Shown: positions 13,752 to 26,222 of the stretch, piece by piece
How positions within the stretch are numbered: position 1 is the first letter of the stretch
Layout: the number at the start of each line of letters is the position of its first letter
Source of the DNA: Rhodosorus marinus CCMP1338
Lineage: Eukaryota; Plantae; Rhodophyta
Direction: 5' to 3'
Assembly (NCBI GenBank): GCA_029953675.1
Contig: JAMWBK010000003.1
Location: 186,001-250,000 of the forward strand
DNA length: 64,000 bases
Notes under the pieces: generated by a model
What the model saw: the letters and a program-made list of their open reading frames with translations, nothing else
What the model was told of the DNA's origin: nothing
Databases searched by the model: none
Translations under genes and position numbers: made by a program

Positions 13752-16700
13752 ATGGGGGACGAGGATTTCGCTCAAGTGTTCGGAGGAGAGGCAGGAGCGA
13801 AGACTCTCGTGTCAGACACTGCGATCCATGCAACGAAGAGGGAGCTGAACCAGAAAAAGCAAGCTCCTGAAACACGAGTGGTGGAATTTAATAATGAGCC
13901 GGCGAACACTGGTTTCGTTAGCAACGTCATCAAGAGCACAAAGTATACCTGGTGGAACGTAGTTCCAAAATCCTTATGGGAACAGTTTCGAAAGGTCGCC
14001 AACTTTTATTTCCTGATCGTTGCAATCCTTACATTCATTCCGGGGGTGACATCGTTTAGCCCTAGTACCGCGGTGATTCCTCTTGTGCTCGTCGTGGGCT
14101 TCTCAATTGCAAGAGAACTTTATGACGACGGCATGAGGGGACGTTCGGACAGGAGATCGAACAACCAAAAGTTTTCCGTTTTGAACCGCGACGCGAAAGG
14201 TTCGGGGACGACAGAGGAGGTCAAGAGCTTGAACATTAAGGTTGGGGACATTCTTGTGCTGAAGAAGAACAGCCCCGTTCCAGCGGACTGTATTCCGCTT
14301 TTATCAACGGAAGAGGGTGGCGTACTCTACGTGTCAACGGCCCAACTCGACGGTGAAACAAACTTAAAGAGGCACCTCGTAACACAAGCTACTAAGGATC
14401 TTACGGACGCCGCACAGGTACGCGAGCAATAGCATTCACGTTCTGAGCAATTGTCTTCAAGTCCTGCAGATACATGCTTCCTTTTTTGTTCTATTGATGT
14501 GATACGTTACGTTCTCTTCACGAGCTAGCTTGTCTCCGGGAGGGCGCTCTCGATCGGCGGCACCTTTCCCCCCCGAACCTGATTTTCAAAACTTGTTCGC
14601 TCGACCATCTTAGGTTCACGCGCTCGACGGGCGAGCCGAAGTGAGTGGACCCAATCCTCAATTTGAGGTTTTCCAGGGAAGCGTCAAGCTTGCCGGTGCA
14701 GAGGATGCGGTTCCCGTCGACAGTCTAAACCTGGTTCTCAGGGGGAGCACATTGCGGAACACCGAAGAGGTTCACGCCCTCGTTGTGTACACGGGAACCG
14801 ACTCCAAGGTTGCTCTGAATATGAGAGATCCTCCGAGCAAAATGTGTCAACTGGACAGGACATTGAATTGGACGGTGCTGATGATCTTCGTTCTTTTGGT
14901 GATCCTGGTAATCGTCTTTGCGGCGCTCGCTGGTGTTGCCCAGGAACGAGTGGTTCAGGATTCTTGGTATCTTGGACCCACAAGTACAGATTCAGGCGTG
15001 GAAGTTGGCTTCCGTTCGGTTGGAACCTTTCTCGTTCTCTTCTCTGCTTGGATTCCAATCTCGCTTTTCGTTTCGCTGGAATCGGTTCGGGTATTCCAGG
15101 CCTTGTTCATGTTCCGAGACGAGAAAATGAAGAGCTTCGATGGACGAAGGATGGCAGCGAGGTCAACAAACCTCAGCGATACATTGGGGATTGTTCATAC
15201 GATCCTCAGCGACAAGACTGGAACGTTGACTAGGAACGTAATGGAGTACGTCGCCTGCGCCTTTAGCGGAGAGATCATTGACATCAGGGAAGATCCCTCC
15301 TTGATGAAGGATAGGCTTGCAGCTGGAGATAAGAAGGTTAACGATATGGCTTCAGCAATGGCTATATGTCACTCGGTCGTGCCAGACTTTCACGGAGGTA
15401 AGTCGTTTTGCTCAAACCACGTGGTTTCTTAATCGTCCAGCCTGCTTACAGACGTTGTTCGCAACTTCTGAACCTTAGAGGATGAAGGAGAGATTCTGGA
15501 GCATCCGACGTATCAGGGTCAGAGCCCTGACGAGGTCTCTCTCGTGGAGTCTGCGAGGTCCTTTGGTTTAGAGCTTGTGGAAAGGTCCGTAGACAATCTT
15601 GTTCTTGATCGAAATGGCGTAAAGGAAACGTACGGGATGGTCGGCGAAATCGAGTTCAACTCTGATCGTAAGAGGATGAGCCTCGTGGTTAAGATGGAGG
15701 ACGGGAATTACCGAGTCTACACGAAGGGTGCGGATACGACCATGTTCCCAAGGATACTGCTCTCTTCTGAGGAGGAAAAGGGAATCGAAGATGATCTGCA
15801 CATGTTCGCGGTGGAGGGGCTTCGAACGCTCGTGTTCGCTTCAAAGGACATCACAGAGGAGCAATACCAATCATGGCAAACGACGTGGAGAGAAGCTCTG
15901 TTAAGCACTGATGAGCGCGAGGAGAAAATGGCTGCCGCTGCGGAGGTTGTGGAATCGGACATGAAGTTCATTGGAGTGACGGCCGTAGAGGACAAGCTCC
16001 AGGATCAGGTCCCTGAGACAATCGAGTTTCTGCGAAACGCGGGAATTTCTCTGTGGGTGCTTACGGGAGATAAGCGGGAAACCGCCGAGAACATAGGATA
16101 CTCTGCAGCGATGCTAAGCCGATCAATGACCGTAGTGCACATGGAGGCACGTTCCCAGGAGGAGGTTTCGACCATGCTCGAGGACACCTACAAGACCCAC
16201 TGTGACAGCGCTGGGTGAGCCTATCTTTATACGGCTTTGCAGCAGCCCGGTAACACACAGATGTTTAAAAAATATTTCGCTTTTTTTTTTGGGCCCGTGC
16301 GTAAACAGGTTCGAAGGTACGGTTGGAAATATGAAGAGCCTACGGTCATTGACCAACGTGAAGCAAGCAAAGAAGTACAGGCCAGGCGTGCATGATGGGG
16401 ACAAGTCACTGGCAGTGATAATTGACGGGAAGACACTTCAGTTTGTTCTAGACTCGTATGCGAAGTACTTCCTCGCAATTACGGACCACTGCCAAACGGT
16501 TATTTGCTGCAGGGTCACGCCGATGCAGAAAGCCCTCGTCGTTCGGATGGTGAAGAAGCTACGTGGGTGCGTTACTCTTGCAATCGGTGACGGGGGAAAC
16601 GATGTTTCGATGATCCAGGTACGGAAGATATTCTCATGAAAATGGGCGAGTAGATGAAAGGGGAAAAAGCTTAAATACGCCGAGTCAAAATTGACCTGTA

Positions 16701-17927
16701 TCACTAACTGCGTTGCCCTGGTACTATTTGTGTCCTCATTATGCAGGAGGCTGATGTTGGCGTGGGACTGTTTGGAAAAGAAGGCACGCAAGCGTCACGC
16801 TCCGCGGACTTTGCGATTGGCGAATTTAAGCTCTTGAAACGCTTGTTATGCATTCATGGGCACTATTGTTGGGTTCGGAATCCTGGGTTGATCAACGTAT
16901 CATTCTATAAGAACGTGTTTATCACCATGGGGCAAGTCTTTTACCAGTTCTTCTGTCAGTTCTCTGGGACCTCAATCCACAACGAGTACATCGTGACGGT
17001 ATTCAATGTCGTCATTACGTTGTTCAATCCGATCTTCTTCGCGCTGTTCGAGAAGGACTTAGATGAAGAAGTCCTAATGGAAAAGCCCGAAATGTATCAA
17101 GCTAATCGTGAGCGCAAGAATTTCGGGAAGAGAACTGTCTTAGAGTGGGTAATGGGCTACGCCCTGTGGCACTCCATCGTGACCTTTTGGGGCCAGTACG
17201 GAAGTCTCGGTTCGGTAGGGAACATGTCTTGAGCCTCCAAATTGATAATGCGACAGGGCATTCATGCGTATCACCCCCTGGAAACATGCTGAAACCCTCG
17301 TTCGCGTTATGCCCTTAGGTTCGGGAGTCGAATTGGTTGGACGGTTATGAGGGGGGAATCAATGCGTGGGGATTCGGCCTCTCTACGCAGGTTATCGTTA
17401 TTGTCCTTGTTAAGATGTTGCTCATGGCACGCACGTGGAACGGTCTATATGTAAGCTTGACATTGCAAGTTTTTGAAAGGCCGGTGGACTACTACGCTGG
17501 GAACTATGCTGACCCATATCTTTTTTCCCTGTACTCGCAGCTCGCGTCGTTCGTCATCAGTCTGGGTGTCTTTTTCTTGATTGTACCCATAATAATTTCT
17601 TTCATCGACGACAATTCTCTCAACGGAGTCCTGCCAACCACCTTCTCCTCCGGAACCTGGTGGATGACCTTCATCGTCAATGCGACTGCTGCGTTCATGC
17701 TCGACTTCATTGTCGTGCTTATTCGAAGGTGAGGAGCTCGTCAGCAGTTTCAAGTCAGCGGAAGTTCCCCGTTATGTGTTTCCGCACCTTCGCAAGTGCG
17801 GGATGGGACTTTTGTGAGGGGCCGGACACGTCTAACGGCTCAGTACCTATCCGTCAGGTTTTATTTTCCGGACGCCATAACCATGGAACAGGAAAGGGAA
17901 TACAGCAGATACTGGACACGGAAGTAG
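13752..17927 (+). CDS. P4-type ATPase (phospholipid flippase, DRS2/ALA family)
   Basis: DGETNLK, PISL, DKTGTLT, SPDE, FNSDRKRMS, KGAD, LTGDK and GDGGNDV motifs. The final exon reads FYFPDAITMEQEREYSRYWTRK-stop (TAG 17925-17927). Confidence 0.97.
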
Positions 17928-18312
17928 AGGTCCTAAATCGGAGAACATCGTGTCTCGTGTCCGTAGCTTGCGCCTTAGTGCTGCGCGCGTTCGCGAAACC
18001 GATCTGGTTCTTTCCTAGGTTCCTCTCAAAGTCTTCTTTATTTACTCTCGTATTTGCGGATGATCTCTGTGTTGTCAACTCAACGGGATTTCGGATGCGG
18101 ATGTATGAACCCAAGATGAGACCCCTGTACGGACTCGGGAGCGATGACCAGCGCTTTCGTCATAGCCCAAGGAGTAAACAGCTCGCTGATCACCCAGGAC
18201 CGTTTGGTCTGGTTGGCAAGAAGGCAGTTTGGCATTACAATTCTTTTAGCTGAAAGAACGGTTTCGACTGATGATATTGTAAGATGTTGCCTATGCAATA
18301 AGCACCGTCCGG

Positions 18313-18933
18313 TTAGCGAAGATCGCACTGCAAAAGGACGCGCGTGTCCGAAGTGTGTGGTGACCGATGCATCGCTGGCGGCGAGAGGAACAGTGCGTGG
18401 AAGTCAGGTGTAGCGGTGAGTCCTTTGGGCGCCACTACTGACTCATACTCGAGGTGTTCCATCGGGAAATCCAACTTTTGTAGGTCGTTGAATTTGACCC
18501 AGTCCACGGTTTCTTCTTGCGCCCACATGGTTGAAGGTCCTACGAGCGTTGCCAAAGCTCTCAATGGGACCTTGTCGAAGTGTAGCTTGGGACACTGCGT
18601 CCTTCTGATCAGCGCCAGGCGCAGCTCCAGATCCTTCTTCTGATTGGTTTCGCTCAGTCTCGTTTGAAATTCCTGACGCATCCATTCTGCAGCCTCAAGA
18701 GTGACGTCCAGTAGCTGCTCTTTTCCTCCACAATATTCAATCGCACAGCCGAAACCCTCTCTCGCTTCCGGATTTTCCTTCAGGTTCTGCTCCCTACTCC
18801 CGACAACGATTCTAACATCGAACGGAGGAGCTCGCTTTGCTACGTTTCCCCAGGCGAACGATGCTCTCTCCAATGAGCGATTGCTCGGTTTCACAACAGC
18901 AATGCTGCCAGTGCTCATAACAAAAGACGACAT
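18313..18933 (-). CDS. DUF1826-like protein (2OG/Fe(II)-oxygenase-like motifs), intronless, putative transit peptide
   Basis: CPKLHFDKVPLRALATLVGPSTMW ... MHRSP ... RVLLQCD resembles the DUF1826 pattern CPRFHxD...TYxGxGTEW...HRSP...RLLL. The N-terminus is S/T-rich (MSSFVMSTG). Confidence 0.72.
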   Translation of the reverse strand: MSSFVMSTGSIAVVKPSNRSLERASFAWGNVAKRAPPFDVRIVVGSREQNLKENPEAREGFGCAIEYCGGKEQLLDVTLEAAEWMRQEFQTRLSETNQKKDLELRLALIRRTQCPKLHFDKVPLRALATLVGPSTMWAQEETVDWVKFNDLQKLDFPMEHLEYESVVAPKGLTATPDFHALFLSPPAMHRSPHTSDTRVLLQCDLR

Positions 18934-19140
18934 CTCTCATGTGAATGCAGTCATACCCAAAACAAACTTCACTCTCAAAAGGAGAATCTCCATCTCAGCA
19001 GCTTTTCTGTGCTTCCCTGCCTGCCCCACAATCTCCTCCGCAGCCCAGCGAACAACCATCCCAATTCTCGGAAATCCCCCTTGTCCTGGTCAGGCACTTT
19101 TGCAGGAGGAACCGCGGGAACATCTCAAGAGGGCGGGCCG

Positions 19141-19194
19141 GGGGGTCCAGACGGTCGCGGGGGGTCCAGACGGTCGCGGGGGGTCCAGACGGTC
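19141..19194. repeat. 19-bp minisatellite (gggggtccagacggtcgcg), about 3 units
   Basis: Units start at 19141, 19160 and 19179; the last is partial. Confidence 0.9.
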
Positions 19195-20519
19195 TCATAA
19201 CCTGAACCTGCGGCGCTCCTCATCACGCCCTGGAACTGATGCACCAAGGCGGCGCATGGTGGTAGGGACACGGACTATTTTCTATGAAGACGGATGTCCT
19301 TGCATGCAGAGGTGCCGCTTCTACTAAACTCTAACAACTTTCTCGGAAACCAAGCAAGAAACCAGAGATGACCTCCAATTCGCTGACGGGACAAGAACTA
19401 GGCACTGACCAAAGCCGCTTCCCAAGGCGCCACAAAGGAGCATCCCATCCTGAAAAGTACCAGCTCTCGGAAGCCCCAAGCTTGGAAAAACTCTTCCAGC
19501 CCACGCACAGCAGATGAGAGTCGAATGCAGTTTACCCATCAAGCAATCAAACGTCCTGAAGCAGTCCACTTAATGTCACCTGCTTCCACCCCCCTCTGTT
19601 CCCTTGAATTGACCGAGAACCAAGAAACGGGACAATCACCAAAAATCCTGTTTACACGGATGGTTGAGAGGGTGGGTGAGTAGAGTATTGGGTTTGTTAA
19701 GCCGCTGGGTCAAGGCCGCAAGAAAAGGCATTCCCCCCCGTAGAACCCCCTATTGAACTACCCCCAGGCCCAGGCAGCCTCAAAACTGATTTCGGCTCTT
19801 ACGAACTCCAAAAGAGAGATCCCCAAAAGAAAACGAACACAACCACAAATCCCAAAGCTGCCTTAAATTATTAGGATTAGACAAGATAAACCTAACGAGA
19901 AACCTATCGTGAGACTACCGTTTTGTTTTAAATGAACTAGTATTCGCTTTCTATTCGTTAATATGCTTCAAAAAGGATAAAAAGTAACGAACTGCTAGGA
20001 TGGACCCATTGGTCCGATATAAAGATGAAATTTGCTATTAATATTTCTTATTGCTGATACTCTGGTGATAATCAAGTTACTATTGGTTAGTATTAGTGAG
20101 TGCTTTTGTGTGATTTGATAGTTATTCGAGGAAGAAACTTCATTGGTAGAAAGTGGAATGTACCGAAAACGTGTAAAAAAAAAAGAGGAGATGCTTAGCT
20201 AACGGCCCACCTGGGGCGTTGAGGCATTGACGGATTTGCCGGGAAAGAAGGAAAGAGGAGAGATCTGTCTGGAACCGATGAAGTTTCTTCCGGGGAAATG
20301 GAAAAGTTGTCACGGGTTGATTGAATCTGGAGTGGACGGGTATTGAATTGACCATTGAATCTCAGAAGCGAGCTGGATAATAATTACCGGAGGATTGATA
20401 TATAGGGTTGATGGAGTACCTCGCGGCGTTGGGATATAGATGGCGTGGTAGCGATAGGAGAGAATTGTTTTGCTGGATGGTGCAAGTGGGCTTGACATTC
20501 GGATGAGAGCTATCTACCA

Positions 20520-22050
20520 GTTGAGGAGTTGGATGGTGATGGTTTGATGGTGTATCGTTTGAGCGAGTCTATGTGTACGATGGGTATCCGGAAGAAGAGG
20601 TGTTTGGGGAAGAGACGAGGCAGTGATAGGAGAGTACGCAGTGGAATACGTCCTCGAGAACGGCTTGTGATGGGCATACTGTTTCCTAGCGAAGAAAATA
20701 CCCAGCTCGAGGGTTTGCTGGGCTTTGAGCCCTTTGTGCTCGTGAACAGAAGCATTCGGTCCGTGTGCACATAAGCTAGATGGGGCTGGAGCGAGCGGGC
20801 TATATATTGTGCATTGAACGGCTGGACTCGATGCTTCTAAACAGAGAACAGTGGACGTAATGACGGGGTTCTGCTTTGACCACCAGAAGCCTGACTGAGA
20901 TGAAAGATAGACTTGTAGATTTGTTGTTTATCGGCCACGCCTTTTCACAAAACCTGAACGAAGCTGTGTATACATTTGTTGAAGATGGCTCTAGTTATTT
21001 CTACCATCCTTGTTGCAAACCATCGATCTTGACCCAGATAAAAGAATTCCAAGCAAGGAGAAGCAAGGAGAACTCTCTAAAGCGCGCTCTCTGTGAGAGC
21101 TATGCCGTTAGGTGTATAGCTCACTATTCCCCCAGCTACTGTCCTATTGTCTGTACCTCTCGTATGGAGATGCCCTTGTCAGCACCAACTCCGGTGACAT
21201 ACAATGGCTGTGAATATTGAAATTCGAAAGCATTTCTCATTCGTGAAAAATGGGCACGGTCAGGCTAACAAGATTGAAGGCAAGATCAACAGAGAGCACT
21301 GAAACCAAGCCATGGATTATTCCTTCTCCGAGCCGCAGCAGGTACAAAAGACGATGGACGTCCTCGTAGCTTTTTGAGGACCGTTGATTCGAAGACTTGG
21401 ACAGCCAGCCAGCCAAAATGGGGCGAGTTCTACTTCAACGATAGTCCTCTGGAGGAACTTGAGAAGGGAATACCCTCGAGGACACGTAAATGGGCTTCCT
21501 CAATATCCTTGCTGACCTGGCCCGGAAAAGGGACAATCCAGGAGCGGAGTTCCAGATGGTTGTTGGTCTGTCCTTCACTCTTCTCCACAATCGTGCCTGT
21601 TTGTTCATGCCTGAGAAAATTTTCGAGCTTCAGCAATCACTGCCTACCCATGTAACTAGACTAGGTCGTGACAAGGTCATGTCTACAGCAGAGATAGAAG
21701 CAACATATCCCCAGAACGGGCTCTTTTGTCTTGTCGATTCATAGTCATTGAATAAGATCAGCACCGATCATCGGTGGTCTTCGAGATTTAGAGTCGAGAA
21801 CTCAAAACGGATTCAGAGTTATGAGAGGTGCAAGCGTTGAGACGGGATTACAAATCGATCTGAGGCATATCGCGAGGGACATCTGTTCCTGCGATAGGGA
21901 GTTGAGGTAGTTCGTTACCACGAACGAAAAATGGAGAGAAGAGATTCAAAGTTTCCTTCGGTATTTTGGACACGCACCATCGCGAAGCCTTTTCAATAGA
22001 CTGAACTGGGCCGAAACCAGACAAGGCAACCGAGAAAGATCGAACTCATA
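20520..22050 (+). pseudogene. Probable decayed coding remnant of unknown family
   Basis: Protein-like open stretches (20876-21220, 21490-21744, about 21820-22050) are separated by stops and frame changes, with no clear splice signals. No recognisable motif. Confidence 0.25.
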
Positions 22051-23176
22051 ACGAAGATGCATGCAGCTTTGTCTGTGACTTGACATCAACCCCTTTCTTC
22101 ACAGCCTAACTAACCTGAGAAGCGGGAGAGAAGACACGTATAACGCGCGCCCAACAACGAAGCGCCGTGCGGAAGCAGAGTGTCAAAAACAGCTGCGTGA
22201 AGAGACTAACAGGACGAGCCGGGTCGATACGAAAGAGGCCAGGCAGCAGTCGAAAACCCTCGCCGTCTGCGACTGGCAGAAGCATTGGACAAGTACCTAA
22301 CAGACCAAGACTGCCAGTCTTTCGATTGAAAAAACAATCATTTAGAGTTACCGTGTTTCTCTCGCGCAATACCTGGGAACATGCCCAAGATCTATCCAAC
22401 CAAGGGGGTTAAGTAGGTCCCCGATGACTTCCAAACCAGAATTATTCCCTTTTTATCTTATAAAAACGATATTACACCTCCTCAGGAAGTGTAGCGCACC
22501 CCCTCGAGGAATTGAACCAATCGATCCTCTGCGACGAGCCAGTTTGATTGCTCTGAATCAACTAGATGAACCTTGAAAACAAAAAATCAACCGAATAACC
22601 CCCTCCGAAAAAACCCAACCTCCAACCCCCTCGAGGACTTTTCTTTAAGTACTGGAAAATGATTGAGATATAAAAACAAGTCTTTACAAGTACAGACAAT
22701 AGACGTACCGCGTTTCCGCCCCCATCCCGACACATTGCTCAACAACGGGAATATGTGAATTTCGATGACAAATTTCTTAATCGCTACGTTGTTCTCCACA
22801 AGGGGTAGAAAACATATCTTCCGCTATTATTACCTCTCGAAAAAGATCCCTCGGAAATTATGGAAATTCCGATGGCGTGACCCGGAAAGGCTTTTTGACA
22901 ATTTGCATAGGGGGATTCCCTGATTCGCCCTTGTGGCAGGGTACGCTCAGGCCACATCCTCTTTGCGAGCACATGGATGCGGCTACGCGCTCATCACTAT
23001 GAATCTGTGTAGAGGCGCGCGCGGGTGAGACCATTTGCGCCTGAAGTATGGTTAGTGGGATGGTGCGGTGGATTTGAGTTCCTGAGTTGGGAGCAGGGTT
23101 TAGGTGACGGCTTTTTTTCTTTTTGGACCGGATTTGGCGTTTGTTGGCTTTCGGGGGATGGTGCCTCGATGCTAGA

Positions 23177-24973
23177 ATGGGTGAATTGAAAGAGGTGGTG
23201 AGGAGGGGGCGCGTCCCTTATGAAATCGCGGGGTTGATTGCTGCGCTGGGAAGTGTTCTTGTATGGACCGAGTTGCTGCCCCTGTGGGGATTTCCTTTGG
23301 TATGTGCAATTTTAGGAGAGGCAGCGGCGATGACGATCGACGTCGTTGAAAGGAAGCGCCGCTTGAGAAGGGTGGAGTCTATGCCGAAGCCGGTTAACGA
23401 GAAGAAAGCGTACACGTGGGAGGAAGTGGCCCTGCACAACACAGCCGAGTCAGCGTGGATAGCCATCAGGGGCAAGGTTTATGATGTGACAACCTTCTTG
23501 GATAGGCATCCAGGAGGATTCGAGCTGCTTCTACTCTGTTGTGGCAGGGACGCCACGGACCTGTTCATCTCCTACCATCCATTCACGGACAAACCGGATC
23601 AGATCCTAAATAAGTTCGAGATAGGCGAAGTCTCAACATATGAACATGCCACCTTCGCTGACGATGGCGGATTCTACGAGGAGTGCTGTGAGAAAGTGAA
23701 GGAGTACTTTGAGAGCACCAAGCTGGATCCGAAGAACCCAATGCTGATGACCGTTCGAATGGTCCCAGTCTACGTGGTCAGCGCATTTTGTTTCTACGTT
23801 TCGTTCGTTTCCCATTCTTTTTCATGGCCTGTGCGTGCCCTGAGTGCGCTCCTATTTGGCGTGTGCCAGGTAAGGTGATGAGCATGCAGTCGGCAATTAC
23901 GGAGCAGAACAACTGAACGCGCCTGAACTCGTTGTATTACAGGGTCTGCCTCTAACTGGGTGGATGCACGACTCGTCTCACGCCGCCATCGGGCACTCGG
24001 AGACGTGGTGGTGGACGGTTGGGCGCCTCTCGCTCGACTGGATTTCTGGATCTTCCATGCTCTCTTGGCGTAATCAACACGTCATCGGTCACCATGTATA
24101 TACCAACGTGTTCGGTGCAGATCCTGACTTGCCCGATGCCAAGGAGGGTGATTTCAGACGCATCACCGAGCATCAGTTCTGGGACAATGTCTACTACTAC
24201 CAGTATTTGTACGTACCACCGCTTTACGGTCTGCTTGCCATCAAAGCAAGACTTCAGGTGAGAAATTCACTCTAGCATTTCAAGCCTCCTGTTGTAGTGT
24301 CCTGCTGGGCTTTTGTTGATTGCAGCCTATGCTCACAGGCCTAGTGGGCAGATCCTCTGACATTCTGGTGCTTTTGTTTTTTTTTTTCCTGGTCTAGGAC
24401 TTTTACTCCGTCTTCTCCCAGCACATGAATGGGCCAATTAGAGTGAACCCGATTAGCGCACAGGATTACCTGAGAATCGGGTCCTCCAAACTGTTCTGGG
24501 CTTGGTATCGATTGGTGGTTCCATACGCGCTTTTTGACTGCAATCTTGTGGATTTGGCTCTGCTGTCATTCCTCACCGACCTTGTGGTTGGATACTGGCT
24601 TGCGTTCAACTTCCAGGTATCGCACGTTTCCGATATATGCGAATTCTATTCCGAGGTCGAGCACGGTGGCAAGCCATGTTTCAAGGAGGGCTGGGGTCCC
24701 CTGCAGGTGAAAACCAGCCTGGACTATGCGCATGGAGATCCGATCGCGACCTATCTGTCTGGAGGCTTAAATTATCAGACCGCGCACCACCTGTTCCCTT
24801 CCGTGAGTCAGGTCTATTACACCGAAATCACGCCTATCATCATCGATGTCTGTAAGAAGCACAAACTCCGCTATAACGTGTTGCCAAACTACAAGGCTGC
24901 TATTTCTGGTCATATTCAGCACCTGAAGAAGATGGGTGAAGAGGGTAGGGCCCCAGAGCTTAAGCTTGAGTAA
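23177..24973 (+). CDS. Front-end fatty acid desaturase with cytochrome b5 domain (delta-5-like)
   Basis: HPGG cytochrome b5 motif, histidine boxes HDSSH, HVIGHH and QTAHHLFP; two introns; stop at 24973. Confidence 0.93.
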
Positions 24974-25394
24974 ACTGCGCTCATCGTCGGTGCTTGAAGT
25001 AGGAGCGTGGACGGTCAACTGTTTGGGAGTAGTGAACGGACTACACGCGAACCCGATGGAAGAGGCGACAGATGCACTGACTCTTGTTGCTCAAGCGGAA
25101 GTTTGCATCAGCGAAGCTGTTAGTCGCAATGCGTATAGATATCAGATGAATTGGCAGTAGTCAAAAACCCAATCACATTTTGTAGTAGTGGATAGAGTGT
25201 TTCAGATTTGACAGAAAGTAAGAATATACGAAGCTGAGGTTCATGACACGAATCGTTTCCTTCCACCAAGCAGTGTTAAAGGCATCGCTGCCGGGGCTAA
25301 CGTGAACTTTACTGGGCAGCTGCCTACTGCAGCGCATCACTATTGCCCCAGAGGACTTGATGCTATCTCGGCCTCAAGGCCTCTTCCGACATGC

Positions 25395-25659
25395 AAAGCG
25401 GAATACAATACTTCACTTTTCTTCCCAAATGCTGATATGCTTTTAACCAAGCCGCCCCACCCTCTTATGTCAGTGTACTATTTCGTACTATGACTTCAGG
25501 TGGGAAAAGGAACGAGGCGTAGTGAAAGCGGAATACAATACTTCACTTTTCTTCCCAAATGCTGATATGCTTTTAACCAAGCCGCCCCACCCTCTTATGT
25601 CAGTGTACTATTTCGTACTATGACTTCAGGTGGGAAAAGGAACGAGGCGTAGTGAAAGC
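25395..25659. repeat. Perfect 130-bp tandem duplication
   Basis: 25395-25524 equals 25525-25654, followed by a third AAAGC at 25655-25659. Confidence 0.95.
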
Positions 25660-26222
25660 TCAAGTTGGTATGAGGAAGCTCAGACTTCACTAAAACTGGC
25701 TGACGGGAAGGCGGTTCTCCCCCCCCTGAAACAATGCAACCCATTATCTGGCAATAATCGCAATTTCACGATGGGATACATTCCACTCCAAAAAGAAGTT
25801 TAAAAGAGTCTTAAAATTTGCTGGACATTTCAAGTACCCCTTTCGCAGAAAACCCCAGAATACCCGAGAAATTTCCCACAGAAATCGACCCCTAAGGAAA
25901 AAAACAACGAGAAATATTTTGATCCGCATCGTGGAATTGTTTTAGAAAATAAAGGACAGATTAAGAAACGCTTGATTGGGGCTTTGTTGGACTGTGTACC
26001 CTGTCCAATTTTGGAAGAGGTTGAGAGGGAAAAGGGGGAAGGGGTCGAAGCTGAGGGTTAGATCTGCAGGGGTTTAGCGCGTTGGGATTGAATCAGCGGG
26101 AAAAGGAGGTTGTTGGAGTGATCAGAGGAGGTTTCCCGGTTTAGTATAGTGAGTGCTAGCTGATTGGTACTTGATTTGCGCATAGAGAGAGAGAGAGTTA
26201 TCCATTTCTTTGGCAAGGAAAT

